NCBI RefSeq assembly: GCF_002945325.1
Contig: NZ_CP026606.1
Coordinates: 1,110,001 to 1,142,000 of the forward strand
DNA from: Methanococcus maripaludis
GTDB lineage: Archaea > AGJL01 > Methanococci > Methanococcales > Methanococcaceae
Length of the DNA stretch: 32,000 nt
Direction of reading: 5' to 3'
The translations under genes were made by a program, and so were the position numbers. Positions 9,489 to 19,919 of the stretch are shown here, piece by piece. The notes beneath the pieces are model-generated. The model did no database searches. It was not told where the DNA came from and saw only the letters and a program-made list of their open reading frames with translations. The stretch's first letter is position 1. Every line of letters starts with the position of its first letter.

Positions 9489-10934
9489 ATGATAGTAACA
9501 GACATCAAAAAATGCAGGACTTACGAAGAATGTGAAAACTGTAAAAGCAAGGAAATTTCAAAATGCATGGAAGTTTGCCCGACAAATGCAATAAAAATGA
9601 TTGATGGTAAGGCATTTTCTTGCATTACTTGTGGAACCTGTGCAAAAGAATGTCCGACCGGCGCAATTAAGAAAAACGAATATGGCGGATACTACGTTAA
9701 CAGAAAACTCTGTACTGGATGCGGGATCTGTAAAAATGCGTGTCCTATCGATATAATTGATATAAGGGAAGATTCAACTGGAAAAGCTTATCCTACGGGA
9801 ATGTGCGTAATGTGCGGGCTCTGTACTACTGAATGTCCTTATAATGCAAGACTTTACTTTGACCCGAGCAGCCTTAAAAATACCAAAAATAAAATGTTAA
9901 TGGAAAGATATTCTACAATTTTTAAAATGATGGGTAAAACTTACGAATTCCCTGAACAAAAACACGTAAAAATTGTAAAACCTACTGAAAGAATGTTAAG
10001 GCATTCGATTTCAATAGATTCTGAAAAGTGCGTAGAATGCGGAAAATGTATTTACGTATGTCCTAAAGACACGATTATCGAAGCAGAAATAGTTGACGGA
10101 TGTACAAGATGTAATATTTGTAATGAAGTATGTCCTGTTGATGCAATAAAATACGGTGAAGTTACTGAAAACTGCATACTCTGCGGAAACTGTATTTCAA
10201 AGTGTCCTAAAGATGCTTTAGAAATTTCTGAATTTAAAGTTGTAAAAACAAAAGAAGACGTAAAAGCAAACCCTGAAAAACACTGTATAAACTGCGGTCT
10301 TTGTGTTGATAAATGTCCTTCAAATGCTTTAAGATTTGAGAACGGAAAAATACTCTACGATCCAAAAACCTGTACTTTGTGCAACACCTGCGTTAAAGAG
10401 TGCCCGCAGGGAGTTAGAATAAATAAAGGAGGATTTGTTGACGGCGGATGCGTACTCTGCGAGGTATGTATTAAAGAATGTCCAGAAGATGCAATCTCTA
10501 TTAAAGAAAGGTCAAAATTCACTTCAATTGACAAAAAAGAATGTATTGCATGTGGAACCTGTTCAATGGTCTGTCCAAACGATGCAATAACAGTAAAAAT
10601 TGATAGTTTAAATTTCAGTGGAAATAAGGTTCATTCCGAAGTTATTTTTAATGATAACTGTGTACTCTGCGAAAAATGTGCAATACACTGTCCAAGGGAC
10701 GTTATTGAAAATACGTCAGGATACAAAAAAGTTGTGGATCCTGAAAATTCATACATACGGGTGGATGACGGCTACTGTGTAAAATGTGGGCTCTGCACTA
10801 TAATCTGTCCAAACGATGCAATAGATAAGGGTGAAATAACTACTGAACGTTGCGAATACTGTTCAGCATGTGTTAACATCTGTCCTACAAGAGCTATAAG
10901 AATCTACAGAACATGGAATGAAAAAACCAAATAA
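9489..10934 (+). CDS. ehbK: Energy-converting hydrogenase B polyferredoxin, subunit K
   Basis: 481 aa with 13 canonical CxxCxxCxxxCP motifs plus one irregular N-terminal Cys cluster. Start at the Met after CGATAAT. Confidence 0.92.
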   Translation: MIVTDIKKCRTYEECENCKSKEISKCMEVCPTNAIKMIDGKAFSCITCGTCAKECPTGAIKKNEYGGYYVNRKLCTGCGICKNACPIDIIDIREDSTGKAYPTGMCVMCGLCTTECPYNARLYFDPSSLKNTKNKMLMERYSTIFKMMGKTYEFPEQKHVKIVKPTERMLRHSISIDSEKCVECGKCIYVCPKDTIIEAEIVDGCTRCNICNEVCPVDAIKYGEVTENCILCGNCISKCPKDALEISEFKVVKTKEDVKANPEKHCINCGLCVDKCPSNALRFENGKILYDPKTCTLCNTCVKECPQGVRINKGGFVDGGCVLCEVCIKECPEDAISIKERSKFTSIDKKECIACGTCSMVCPNDAITVKIDSLNFSGNKVHSEVIFNDNCVLCEKCAIHCPRDVIENTSGYKKVVDPENSYIRVDDGYCVKCGLCTIICPNDAIDKGEITTERCEYCSACVNICPTRAIRIYRTWNEKTK

Positions 10935-10953
10935 TTTAAGCAAAGGGATAATC

Positions 10954-11466
10954 ATGACGTTAAAAGGACTTACAAAAGTGTTTATTTCTGGTTTTTACGA
11001 GAATCTGGAACGAATAATTCTCGGAAGCGATAGATACACATCAAAAGAGATGACAGCAGAGATTTTAAAAGGTATTGAACTTCCTAGTTCAGTATTTTCT
11101 GAAATCTGTATTGGATGCGGAGGATGTAAAAACGCATGTCCTACAAATGCTATCGAAATGATACCTGTAGAACCTGTTAAAATTACTGAAACTTATTCCA
11201 AAGAAGCAATTCCAAAAATAGACTATGATAAATGCGTATACTGTTTATACTGTCATGATTTCTGTCCTGTATTTGCCTTATTTAATGAAGTATCTCCAAT
11301 TCACCCAAGGCACGTTGGGGAAGACATTGTTTTAGTAGATCTTTCAAAATTACTGGAAAAACCGATCGAAATTCCTGAAGAACAGCTATCAAAGATTGCT
11401 AAAATACTTTCAATTAACATTTCAGGAATCGTTAAGCGGGAAAAGAAAGCGAACTCAAAAGTGTAA
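10954..11466 (+). CDS. ehbL: Energy-converting hydrogenase B ferredoxin, subunit L
   Basis: Two 4Fe-4S motifs CIGCGGCKNACP and CVYCLYCHDFCP in the hydrogenase operon. Confidence 0.87.
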   Translation: MTLKGLTKVFISGFYENLERIILGSDRYTSKEMTAEILKGIELPSSVFSEICIGCGGCKNACPTNAIEMIPVEPVKITETYSKEAIPKIDYDKCVYCLYCHDFCPVFALFNEVSPIHPRHVGEDIVLVDLSKLLEKPIEIPEEQLSKIAKILSINISGIVKREKKANSKV

Positions 11467-11475
11467 GGTGTAGTC

Positions 11476-11919
11476 ATGTTAAAAGAGCTTTCAAGAAAGA
11501 AAAATATTCACGTCATGCTTGTTTATACTGGCGGATGTAATGGTTGCGATATTGAAGTTGTAAACTGTGTTTTATCTCCATTTTATGATGCAGAGCAGTA
11601 CAACGTATTTTTAACGTGGAATCCAAGAGAAGCAGATGTTTTGGTAGTAACTGGCTGTGTTACAAAGGCAGTTTCTGCATCACTTAAAAAAATATATGAT
11701 GAAATTCCTGAACCAAAAGCCGTAGTTGCTGCAGGGGCCTGTGCGTTGATGGGCGGTGTTTACAATAATATTGGTGCAGATTTGGGAACTTCCACATTTA
11801 TTGATGGTCCTGTTGAAAATATAATCCCTGTTGACATAAAAGTTCCAGGATGCCCACCAAGACCTGAGGACGTTATCACGGGAATTGTAAAAGCGTTGCC
11901 AAAAATCTTGAATGGATGA
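11476..11919 (+). CDS. ehbM: Energy-converting hydrogenase B small [NiFe] subunit, subunit M
   Basis: NuoB/EchC-like [16 protein letters not shown]...VVTGCVT...GACALMGG...[11 protein letters not shown]. Confidence 0.93.
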   Translation: MLKELSRKKNIHVMLVYTGGCNGCDIEVVNCVLSPFYDAEQYNVFLTWNPREADVLVVTGCVTKAVSASLKKIYDEIPEPKAVVAAGACALMGGVYNNIGADLGTSTFIDGPVENIIPVDIKVPGCPPRPEDVITGIVKALPKILNG

Positions 11920-11929
11920 GGAGATAATT

Positions 11930-12925
11930 ATGTTTGAAAATATTTTAACACTGGAAACGTTTGAAATTATCCTTTCAATGATTGGAATTCCATTAATAGC
12001 TTTTGCAATATCTACATGGATCCCAGGAATTCAAAGAAAAATCCAGGCAAGAATTCAGCAAAGAAAAGGTCCATCCATATCTTCTCCGGGTTTTTGGGCG
12101 ATATTTAAGTATTTATACAAAGAAGCAAAAGAACCGGTTTCAGATCTTCCAAAACTCTTCAAATTCATGCCTTTATTAAGTTTTATCATAGTATGGATGG
12201 TTTTGGCATTAACTACTGTTGTACATTTCCACGTTCTTTCAAACGAGATTGGTATAATCGGTCTTTTAAAAATTGAGGAAATGGGCTACATTATAATGGG
12301 TTCACTTGCTTCAACAGTAATGGGAATTCGAATGCCGTTCATTGATGAATGTAAGGGCAGTGGATACTTAAAAACTATAAAAATAACTTTGGGGCAGCTT
12401 TCGGCAGTAAGGGCATTTAAAATGATAACTGTTGGATCATTTCCATTTTATTTAGCAACTTTACTTCCATTTATACCTCATAAATCGATATTTTTGAATA
12501 ATTTAATAGGAAATAGTTTTTTATTTACTTTAGGCGGATTATTTGGAGCTTTAGCATACATTATTGGATATATAATTATGACGAAAGACTACCCATTTTC
12601 AATAATGCACACGAAGGCGGACGTTATAGAAGGCCCTACGATGGAATACTCTGGAAAATACAGGGCACTTTACTTAAGCGTAAAAGAACTTTTAATGATA
12701 ACCCTTGGAAGCTTGTTTGCAACTCTTTACTTGGGAATTGCACCAGATATATTAAACCCGATTACGATAGTAATGAACTTTGCAGTAGCGTTGATATTCC
12801 CGATAATTTCTGCAGTAGTTAGTGCATACACACCAGTATTTACATTCAGGCAGGTTTACCCAGTTTCATTATTTGCAACAGTTCTTGGACTCATTGGAGC
12901 ACTCCTCGCACTCCTTGGAGTTTAA
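11930..12925 (+). CDS. ehbO: Energy-converting hydrogenase B membrane subunit O (NuoH/EchB-like)
   Basis: Multi-pass NuoH-like protein with RIQQRKGPSISSPGFWAIFKYLYKEA and HTKADVIEGPTMEYSGKYRALYLSVKE. Confidence 0.92.
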   Translation: MFENILTLETFEIILSMIGIPLIAFAISTWIPGIQRKIQARIQQRKGPSISSPGFWAIFKYLYKEAKEPVSDLPKLFKFMPLLSFIIVWMVLALTTVVHFHVLSNEIGIIGLLKIEEMGYIIMGSLASTVMGIRMPFIDECKGSGYLKTIKITLGQLSAVRAFKMITVGSFPFYLATLLPFIPHKSIFLNNLIGNSFLFTLGGLFGALAYIIGYIIMTKDYPFSIMHTKADVIEGPTMEYSGKYRALYLSVKELLMITLGSLFATLYLGIAPDILNPITIVMNFAVALIFPIISAVVSAYTPVFTFRQVYPVSLFATVLGLIGALLALLGV

Positions 12926-12964
12926 TTATTATCTTACTTTTTTGAATTTAATTTTTAATTAATT

Positions 12965-13258
12965 TTAAGATCTACCGTATGAATTACCAGTTAACACTTT
13001 TAAAACAACTCCAATGAAAAACCCAAATGCGCTGACAATTACTACTGAAATATTATTTGCAAGAATATATGGTCCCATATTTCCAAGCGGGAGGCTGTAC
13101 ACAAGGCTACTGTTTAACATGTGTAGCAGGTACGCTTCATAAATTATAATGTTAAAAATAAGTATTATTGGAAAAGTACTGTAAATCCTATTTGATTTTA
13201 TATAAAATCCTGAAAAAAGTCCGATTGTAAAAAACAGAAGAATTAACAGATAATTCAT
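12965..13258 (-). CDS. Small membrane protein of unknown function
   Basis: 97 aa, about 3-4 hydrophobic segments, start preceded by GGTGG; 12 bp downstream of the moeA-like gene on the same strand. Confidence 0.7.
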   Translation of the reverse strand: MNYLLILLFFTIGLFSGFYIKSNRIYSTFPIILIFNIIIYEAYLLHMLNSSLVYSLPLGNMGPYILANNISVVIVSAFGFFIGVVLKVLTGNSYGRS

Positions 13259-13270
13259 AAGACCACCTGA

Positions 13271-14488
13271 TTAAAACAAGTAAACTTCAACGAATTCGTC
13301 CTTTTCATATCCTTCAATATTTTCTTTTATCATTAAGTATCCGTCTGCTTTAGTCATAGATGATAAAACTCCGCTTCCAGTTATTCTTAATGGCTCAATT
13401 TTGGTGAATCCTTCACTTTCTATAAGTTTTACCCTTACAATATCAGTTCTGCCAAGGGAAGATGCAATATTTCGATTTATTTGAAGTTTAACCGATTTTC
13501 GAGGTTTGAAATAATTTGCAATAAAGAGTTCAAACTGTACTGCTGACGCAACAGGATACCCTGAAAGAACGAATAAAAGTTTCTTTTTACCATCAATTTC
13601 CGCTTCTGCAAAGCCAACGGGACGCCCAGGCCTTATCTGAACGCCATGGAAAATTATATTGCCAATTTTTTTAATTATCTCGATTGTGTAGTCCCTATCT
13701 CCTACAGACGTTCCCCCTGTTGTAATTACAACATCATTTTCCAAAAGCACTTTTTTTATTGCTTTTTCAAGTTCTTCACGGTTGTCTGGAACTTTTCTAT
13801 AGGCTGTCGGGGATAAACCCGTTTCTTTTACAAGATCTGAAATCATCATAGAATTTGAATTAACAATCATTGCTGTTTTTTCAAGCTGTTCAACACTTTC
13901 AAGGTCTTCAATATCAAGTAATTCATCCCCTGTTGCAATAACTCCAATTTTTAAAGAGTAACACTTTATTTTTTTTATTCCAAGCGATGAAATAAGGGCA
14001 ACGTGGTAAGGAGTAATTACCTCTCCTTTTTTAATAATAAGATCTCCAGTTTTCACGTCTTCTCCGATTCGGGATACATTTTCATTTGGGTGAACTCCTG
14101 AATATATCTCAACGAAAGAATCGTATTCTTTAGTGTATTCTTTCATTACAACTGCATTTGAATTTTCTGGAAGTTTCATGCCAGTTGAAAGCCTGTAAAT
14201 TTCTTCTTCGTTTATCGAATCAGTTTTAACTAAATTTAAGATAATCGGGTTTGTCTGTGACGCTCCAAAGGTATCTTCTGCAATCACTGCATAGCCGTCC
14301 ATTGCTGAACGATTAAACATCGGGATATTGCAGGGAGCATGAACATTTTCAAAGCAGATTTTACCAAATGCTTTATTTATTTCAATATTTTCAAATTTAT
14401 CCTCTAATATTTCTTCAAATTTTTCAAAAACTTTATTTTTAGCATCACTGCGACTAATCAATTCTTTTACAAATTTCATATGATTCAC
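13271..14488 (-). CDS. moeA: Molybdopterin molybdenumtransferase MoeA
   Basis: FNRSAMDGYAV, GDLIIKKGEVITPYHVALISSLG, VVITTGGTSVGDRDY, FVLSGYPVAS motifs. Confidence 0.92.
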   Translation of the reverse strand: MNHMKFVKELISRSDAKNKVFEKFEEILEDKFENIEINKAFGKICFENVHAPCNIPMFNRSAMDGYAVIAEDTFGASQTNPIILNLVKTDSINEEEIYRLSTGMKLPENSNAVVMKEYTKEYDSFVEIYSGVHPNENVSRIGEDVKTGDLIIKKGEVITPYHVALISSLGIKKIKCYSLKIGVIATGDELLDIEDLESVEQLEKTAMIVNSNSMMISDLVKETGLSPTAYRKVPDNREELEKAIKKVLLENDVVITTGGTSVGDRDYTIEIIKKIGNIIFHGVQIRPGRPVGFAEAEIDGKKKLLFVLSGYPVASAVQFELFIANYFKPRKSVKLQINRNIASSLGRTDIVRVKLIESEGFTKIEPLRITGSGVLSSMTKADGYLMIKENIEGYEKDEFVEVYLF

Positions 14489-14619
14489 CCGAGGTATTCT
14501 GGAGGAATTTTAAATAACTGTGCTTAAATAGTTTACATTTTAACGAAAGTGCATAAATTAAATACTCATTTGAGGTTAATTATTTTTACTATCTTCGACG
14601 TATTTATAATGGTGAGATT

Positions 14620-15585
14620 TTGAACAAAGATTTAAGGCCTATAATTTGGAACGATTCGGAAAAAACGCTTGTATTAATCGATCAAAGGAAATTACCAAAT
14701 GAATTAGTATATTTTGAATGCAAAAATTACAAAGATGTATGTTTTGCAATAAAAGACATGGTTGTCAGAGGAGCTCCAGCAATAGGCGTTGCGGCAGCTT
14801 ACGGAATGGCTTTAGCTGAATTAAATGGGGAAGATATGGATAAAGCATATCTTGAATTAAAAGAAACACGACCAACTGCAGTAAATCTGTTTTGGGCACT
14901 TGAAAAAATTATTACTGCAAAAAACTCTGGAAAATCACTACTAAAAGAAGCTAAATTAATCCATGAAGAAGATATAGAACTTTGCAGAAAAATCGGGGAA
15001 ATTGGAGAAGTTTTAATTGATGATTGCGATACTATTTTAACGCACTGTAATGCCGGAGCACTTGCAACATCTGCTTACGGTACAGCTTTAAGTGTAATTA
15101 GATTTGCACACTACAACGGAAAAAAAATTAATGTATTATCTGACGAAACAAGACCAAGACTTCAGGGTGCAAAATTAACCTGTTTTGAATTAAATTATGA
15201 AAATATTCTTGTAAAAGCGATATGTGACAATACTGCAGGTTTCATGATGAGTAAAGGGCTTGTTGACAAGATAATAGTTGGTGCTGACAGGATTCTTTCC
15301 GATTATCACGTTTTTAATAAAATTGGAACGTATTCGCTTGCAATACTTGCAAAATACCATAATATTCCTTTTTACGTTGCAGCACCGTATTCTACATTTG
15401 ATTTTGAAAGCAAATTAGAAGATATTGTTATCGAAGAGCGAGATGAATCCGAAGTAACACATATTGATAATGTACGGATTGTGGCAGAAGGGGTTTCTGC
15501 ATACAATTTTGCATTTGATTGCACTCCTCCAGAACTCATTACTGGAATAATCACTGAAAAAGAGATAATTTATCCAAATAAATAA
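14620..15585 (+). CDS. MtnA/aIF-2B-like sugar-1-phosphate isomerase (TTG start)
   Basis: MVVRGAPAIGVAAAYG, SDETRPRLQGAKLT, KIIVGADRI motifs. GGTGAG ribosome-binding site precedes TTG at 14620. Confidence 0.85.
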   Translation: MNKDLRPIIWNDSEKTLVLIDQRKLPNELVYFECKNYKDVCFAIKDMVVRGAPAIGVAAAYGMALAELNGEDMDKAYLELKETRPTAVNLFWALEKIITAKNSGKSLLKEAKLIHEEDIELCRKIGEIGEVLIDDCDTILTHCNAGALATSAYGTALSVIRFAHYNGKKINVLSDETRPRLQGAKLTCFELNYENILVKAICDNTAGFMMSKGLVDKIIVGADRILSDYHVFNKIGTYSLAILAKYHNIPFYVAAPYSTFDFESKLEDIVIEERDESEVTHIDNVRIVAEGVSAYNFAFDCTPPELITGIITEKEIIYPNK

Positions 15586-15776
15586 TCCCAAGTTTTTTTA
15601 TTTTTTTACATTAATTTTAATCAAAACGATTTTAAAATGAAATAAACTAAACTATTGAAAAATATTTTATAATATGCGCTATACTCTACATTACAGTATA
15701 AATACCATAATAATCATTAGTTTTGTTAATGTTTACGAACGAATCAACGAAGAATAAATCTATATTGTAAGGTGAA

Positions 15777-17096
15777 ATGGTGTATTTAATCGCAGATTGG
15801 AGAAGATCACACTACTCAAAAGATGTAATCCCTGAAATGGACGGTCAGGAAGTTACTTTAATGGGCTGGGTTCACTCCATAAGGGCGCTTGGAAAATTAG
15901 CATTTGTAATTTTGAGAGACAGGGCAGGAACAATTCAGGCCGTAGTCCCAAAACAAAAAGTCGATGAAGAAACATTTGAGATTGCAAAAAAATTAGGAAA
16001 AGAAGATATAGTTGCAATCAAAGGAAAAGTTGTTGCAAACGAAAAAGCTCCAAAAGGATTTGAAGTAATCCCTATCGAAATAAGGGTATTAAATAAAGCC
16101 GATGCACCGCTTCCACTCGATCCTTCAGAAAAAGTTTCTGCAGAAATCGATACAAGGCTTGACAAAAGGTTTTTAGATATTAGAAGACCTAAAATTCAGG
16201 CAATATTTAAAATAAGGTCTGAAATGTTGAAATCAATTAGAAAAACATTTGCAGATGAAGGATTTATTGAAGTAAATACTCCAAAATTAGTTGCAAGTGC
16301 AACAGAAGGTGGAACTGAATTATTCCCTATTTCATACTTTGAAAAAGAGGCATTTTTAGGTCAAAGCCCACAGCTTTACAAACAGATGATGATGGCAGGT
16401 GGATTTGACAAAGTATTTGAAATTGCACAGATTTTCAGGGCAGAAGAACACAACACAAGAAGACACTTAAACGAAGCAATTTCAATCGACTCAGAAATGT
16501 CATTTGTAAACGAAAAAGATGCTATGGCAATGCTTGAAAAAGTAGTTTACAACTGCTACAGCGATATCGAATACAACAGACCTAATGAAATAGAACTTTT
16601 AGAATTAAACTGGGAAATTCCTGAAAAAACATTTGATAAAGTAACTTACACCGAAGCAATCGATATTGCAATTGCAAAAGGCGTAGAAATCGAATGGGGA
16701 GAAGATTTATCAAGAGCAGCAGAAAGAGCTGTTGGTGATGAAATGGGTGGCCTTTACTTTATTACAGAATGGCCAACACAGACAAGACCATTTTACACCC
16801 TACCACACAAACACGACAACAAAGTCTGTAAAGCATTTGACTTAATGTACAAAGAACTTGAAATATCATCCGGAGCTCAAAGGGTTCACAAATACGACCT
16901 TTTAGTTCAAAATATTTCAAACATGGGTCTGAATCCAGATTCATTTGAAACATACCTTGAAGCATTCAAATACGGTATGCCTCCACACGCAGGATGGGGA
17001 CTTGGTGCTGACAGATTTGCAATGGTTTTAACCGCACAGGACAACATTAGAGAATGTGTTTTATTCCCAAGAGACAGGCAGAGATTAACTCCATAA
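15777..17096 (+). CDS. aspS: Aspartyl-tRNA synthetase (archaeal type)
   Basis: OB-fold anticodon domain then class II motifs: [39 protein letters not shown]. Confidence 0.95.
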   Translation: MVYLIADWRRSHYSKDVIPEMDGQEVTLMGWVHSIRALGKLAFVILRDRAGTIQAVVPKQKVDEETFEIAKKLGKEDIVAIKGKVVANEKAPKGFEVIPIEIRVLNKADAPLPLDPSEKVSAEIDTRLDKRFLDIRRPKIQAIFKIRSEMLKSIRKTFADEGFIEVNTPKLVASATEGGTELFPISYFEKEAFLGQSPQLYKQMMMAGGFDKVFEIAQIFRAEEHNTRRHLNEAISIDSEMSFVNEKDAMAMLEKVVYNCYSDIEYNRPNEIELLELNWEIPEKTFDKVTYTEAIDIAIAKGVEIEWGEDLSRAAERAVGDEMGGLYFITEWPTQTRPFYTLPHKHDNKVCKAFDLMYKELEISSGAQRVHKYDLLVQNISNMGLNPDSFETYLEAFKYGMPPHAGWGLGADRFAMVLTAQDNIRECVLFPRDRQRLTP

Positions 17097-17182
17097 TCTT
17101 TGCTTTTTTTATTAAATCTAATAATACAGATTTATATAAAAAGAAATTTAACTTATGTTATTTTCTAAAAAAGGTGAAATTT

Positions 17183-17482
17183 ATGGTTTCTAAAGATGAT
17201 GTATTGAATGCGTTAAAACAGGTAGCAGACCCGCACATGGGCATCAGCATTGTTGATATGGGACTTATAACTGACGTGGAAACTGATGACGAAGGAAACG
17301 TTTCATTTACATTAACTCCTACAAACCCAGGATGTATGAGTGTAATTCACATGGCAGGTGGCGCAAAACAGGTTGTAGCAGATCTTGAAGGCGTTAAAAA
17401 AGTTAACGTTACCGTTAAAGGACACATGATGGAAGAAGATATAAACAAAATATTAAGCGATGAACCAATCGAAAAACAATAA
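17183..17482 (+). CDS. MIP18/DUF59-family protein (putative Fe-S assembly)
   Basis: MVSKDDVLNALKQVADPHMGISIVDMGLI...TLTPTNPGC...; start preceded by AGGTG. Confidence 0.88.
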   Translation: MVSKDDVLNALKQVADPHMGISIVDMGLITDVETDDEGNVSFTLTPTNPGCMSVIHMAGGAKQVVADLEGVKKVNVTVKGHMMEEDINKILSDEPIEKQ

Positions 17483-17551
17483 TTTTTACTTTTTTCATTT
17501 AGATATATAATTTAAAATTTACGCATTTAAATTTGTTAGAGATGATGTTTA

Positions 17552-18802
17552 ATGTTTCAAAAACCCAAAGGAACCCGGGATTTTTTACCTGAAGAAATGA
17601 AAAAAAGGAAAACAATAGAAAAAAAACTAAGGAAAGTTTTTGATAGCTACAATTTTTCTGAAATAAATACGCCTACATTTGAAAGTTTTGAATTACTCTC
17701 CAAAAAAACTGGCGATGAAATTAGAACACAGCTTTTTGTATTTAGGGACCACGGGGACCGAGAAATGGGTTTAAGGCCTGAGTTGACATCCTCAGTTGCA
17801 AGGTTTTACATAAATGAATTTAAAAACACGCCAAAACCGGTAAAACTCTACTACTTTACGAACTGTTTTAGATACGAAAATCCACAAGCTGGAAGATATA
17901 GGGAATTTTGGCAGATGGGTTCGGAGTTAATCGGAAGTAAAAAGCCAATCGCAGATGCCGAAGTTGTAAATATGGCAATAGAAGGTTTAAAAGAAATTAA
18001 CATGGATTTTGAAATACACATTGGGCATTTAGGTGTTTTAAAAGGTGTTTTTGAAAAATACAATCTTTCAGACGACGAAGGAAACGAAATAAGACGTCTA
18101 ATCGATAAAGAAGACATGGATGGTTTAAAATCTGCCCTGGGTAGAATCGAATCTGAAAAAAACATTGAAATTTCTAAAAAAGTATTTGAAGTTTTAGATT
18201 TAAAAGGCGGAAAAGAAGTAATTCCAATATTAAAGGAAAAATTAGCCGATTTTGAAAGTTCAGTAGCTGCTTTAGAAAATCTTGACAGCATCCTTGAATT
18301 TGTACCTCATGATTACGTTATAAACTTTGGAATTGCAAGAGGACTTGACTACTACACCGGAATGGTCTTTGAAGTTTACGGTAAAAAAGAAGGTGCAAGA
18401 CAGGTTTGTGGTGGCGGAAGGTACGATAATTTAATTGAACTCTTCGAAGGTGAACCAAGCCCTGCAGTTGGTTTTGCTTATGGTTTTGACAGGATTATGT
18501 TAAATATTGACGACTTTGAAGTTGAAAACGAATCAATATTTGTAGTTCCGGTTAAAAGCAGTGAAATGCTTTTAAAAGAATGTTTGAAAATCGCAAAAAC
18601 ATTAAGGGACTCCGGAAAATCAGTAGAAGTAGATTTAATGGGAAGAAAATTAAATAAAGCACTCAACTATGCAAACACGAAAAACATCAAAAAAGTGCTG
18701 ATTGTCGGTGAAAATGATATTATGACTGGAAAAGTATCTTTGAAAAATATGGAAACCGGAGAACAGTCATTAATTGAATTAAATGATATTTTAAATATCT
18801 AA
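17552..18802 (+). CDS. hisS: Histidyl-tRNA synthetase
   Basis: [69 protein letters not shown]. Confidence 0.96.
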   Translation: MFQKPKGTRDFLPEEMKKRKTIEKKLRKVFDSYNFSEINTPTFESFELLSKKTGDEIRTQLFVFRDHGDREMGLRPELTSSVARFYINEFKNTPKPVKLYYFTNCFRYENPQAGRYREFWQMGSELIGSKKPIADAEVVNMAIEGLKEINMDFEIHIGHLGVLKGVFEKYNLSDDEGNEIRRLIDKEDMDGLKSALGRIESEKNIEISKKVFEVLDLKGGKEVIPILKEKLADFESSVAALENLDSILEFVPHDYVINFGIARGLDYYTGMVFEVYGKKEGARQVCGGGRYDNLIELFEGEPSPAVGFAYGFDRIMLNIDDFEVENESIFVVPVKSSEMLLKECLKIAKTLRDSGKSVEVDLMGRKLNKALNYANTKNIKKVLIVGENDIMTGKVSLKNMETGEQSLIELNDILNI

Positions 18803-18837
18803 TTGGATTTTAAATTTTTAATAAAATATTTTAAAAA

Positions 18838-19107
18838 TTATTTAAAAAGAATTATTTCGATTGTGGATACGTTAATGGACTTTCCATCTTCTCCTTGTAT
18901 ATGGTCAGTTCCCAAATTTATTTCTTTAATTTTGATTTCAGGCATGAATCTTTTTCTAACCATTTCTTCAACATCAACAGCCCTGCTGATTGCCTTGCCC
19001 CTCGCTTTTACTATTACTTCCTGGGCATTTTCGGAGTTAAATTGAGTAATCACTGCAAGCACGTAGTTCATTACGCCTTTGTTTCCAACGTAAACAATAT
19101 TGTCCAT
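18838..19107 (-). CDS. albA: Alba-family nucleic-acid-binding protein
   Basis: [23 protein letters not shown]...[20 protein letters not shown]...; strong GGAGGG ribosome-binding site. Confidence 0.93.
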   Translation of the reverse strand: MDNIVYVGNKGVMNYVLAVITQFNSENAQEVIVKARGKAISRAVDVEEMVRKRFMPEIKIKEINLGTDHIQGEDGKSINVSTIEIILFK

Positions 19108-19218
19108 CGTATCCCTCCTTAAAGTTAACATATTAATTTTGATATATATAATTTATTAATTAATCCTTATCGCAGGAACGTGAATATTGAGACTATTTAG
19201 AACAGTTTTGGTGCAAAT

Positions 19219-19896
19219 ATGACCAATTTAGATTTTAAAATGGATATTGAAGGACTTAATGCTATTTCTTCAAAGCTTTTTGACTGGGAAATCTTAAAAA
19301 ATCTTTCAGAATATATTGTATTTACAGAGTACGTTGGAAAAGGGCACAGGGGCGTAGTTTTCAAAGCATTTAGTGATAAATACGTGGATGAAAATGGAAA
19401 TCATATTATTTTAGCAGTAAAAATTCCAAGAATCGACGCTCCAAAAGTTACAATTCCAAACGAAGGAAGAATCTTGAAAAAAACCAATGAATTTGGGGTA
19501 GGTCCAAAAGTTTACGAGTATTCGGAAAACCACATGGTAATGGAATATGTTGATGGGGAAATGCTAAAAGATTGCATTGATAATTTGACTCCGGAAGAAC
19601 TCTTGTATGTAATTGAAGAAACTTTAAGGCAGTGTCTTCGGTTAGATCTCCATAAAATTGATCACACCGAAATTCAGGGTGGAAAGCATGTTATGGTTTC
19701 AAAAAAAGGAGTTTACATTATAGATTTCGATAAGGCACGTGAACACAGCCCTAAAAACTTTACAAGCGCAATGTCTTTATTATTTGGGGAAAACTATATA
19801 TCAAAGAAAATAATGCATTTATTAAACCTTTCAGAAGAAAAGATTATATTATTCAGAAAATATGCAAAAAATTATAAAACATTGTTTAAAAACTAA
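19219..19896 (+). CDS. RIO/ABC1-like atypical protein kinase
   Basis: VGKGHRGVVFKAF, LAVKIPR, MVMEYVDGEML, IIDFDKARE resemble a kinase glycine loop, catalytic Lys, hinge and metal-binding Asp. Confidence 0.78.
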   Translation: MTNLDFKMDIEGLNAISSKLFDWEILKNLSEYIVFTEYVGKGHRGVVFKAFSDKYVDENGNHIILAVKIPRIDAPKVTIPNEGRILKKTNEFGVGPKVYEYSENHMVMEYVDGEMLKDCIDNLTPEELLYVIEETLRQCLRLDLHKIDHTEIQGGKHVMVSKKGVYIIDFDKAREHSPKNFTSAMSLLFGENYISKKIMHLLNLSEEKIILFRKYAKNYKTLFKN

Positions 19897-19919
19897 TTAA
19901 ATGGATTTATGGCGATAGA

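Noticed and set aside
9489-10934. Repeated Cys-rich units as a possible DNA repeat array or CRISPR-like structure
   Set aside because: Repetition is at the protein level only (4Fe-4S motifs), with variable spacing and no conserved DNA repeat.
17851-18291. 146-aa minus-strand ORF within hisS
   Set aside because: Antisense to conserved class II synthetase motifs; frame shadow.
18813-18839. AATTTTTAA-(9 nt)-TTAAAAATT inverted repeat between hisS and alba
   Set aside because: All A/T stem in AT-rich sequence; weak and likely chance, though it lies between convergent genes.
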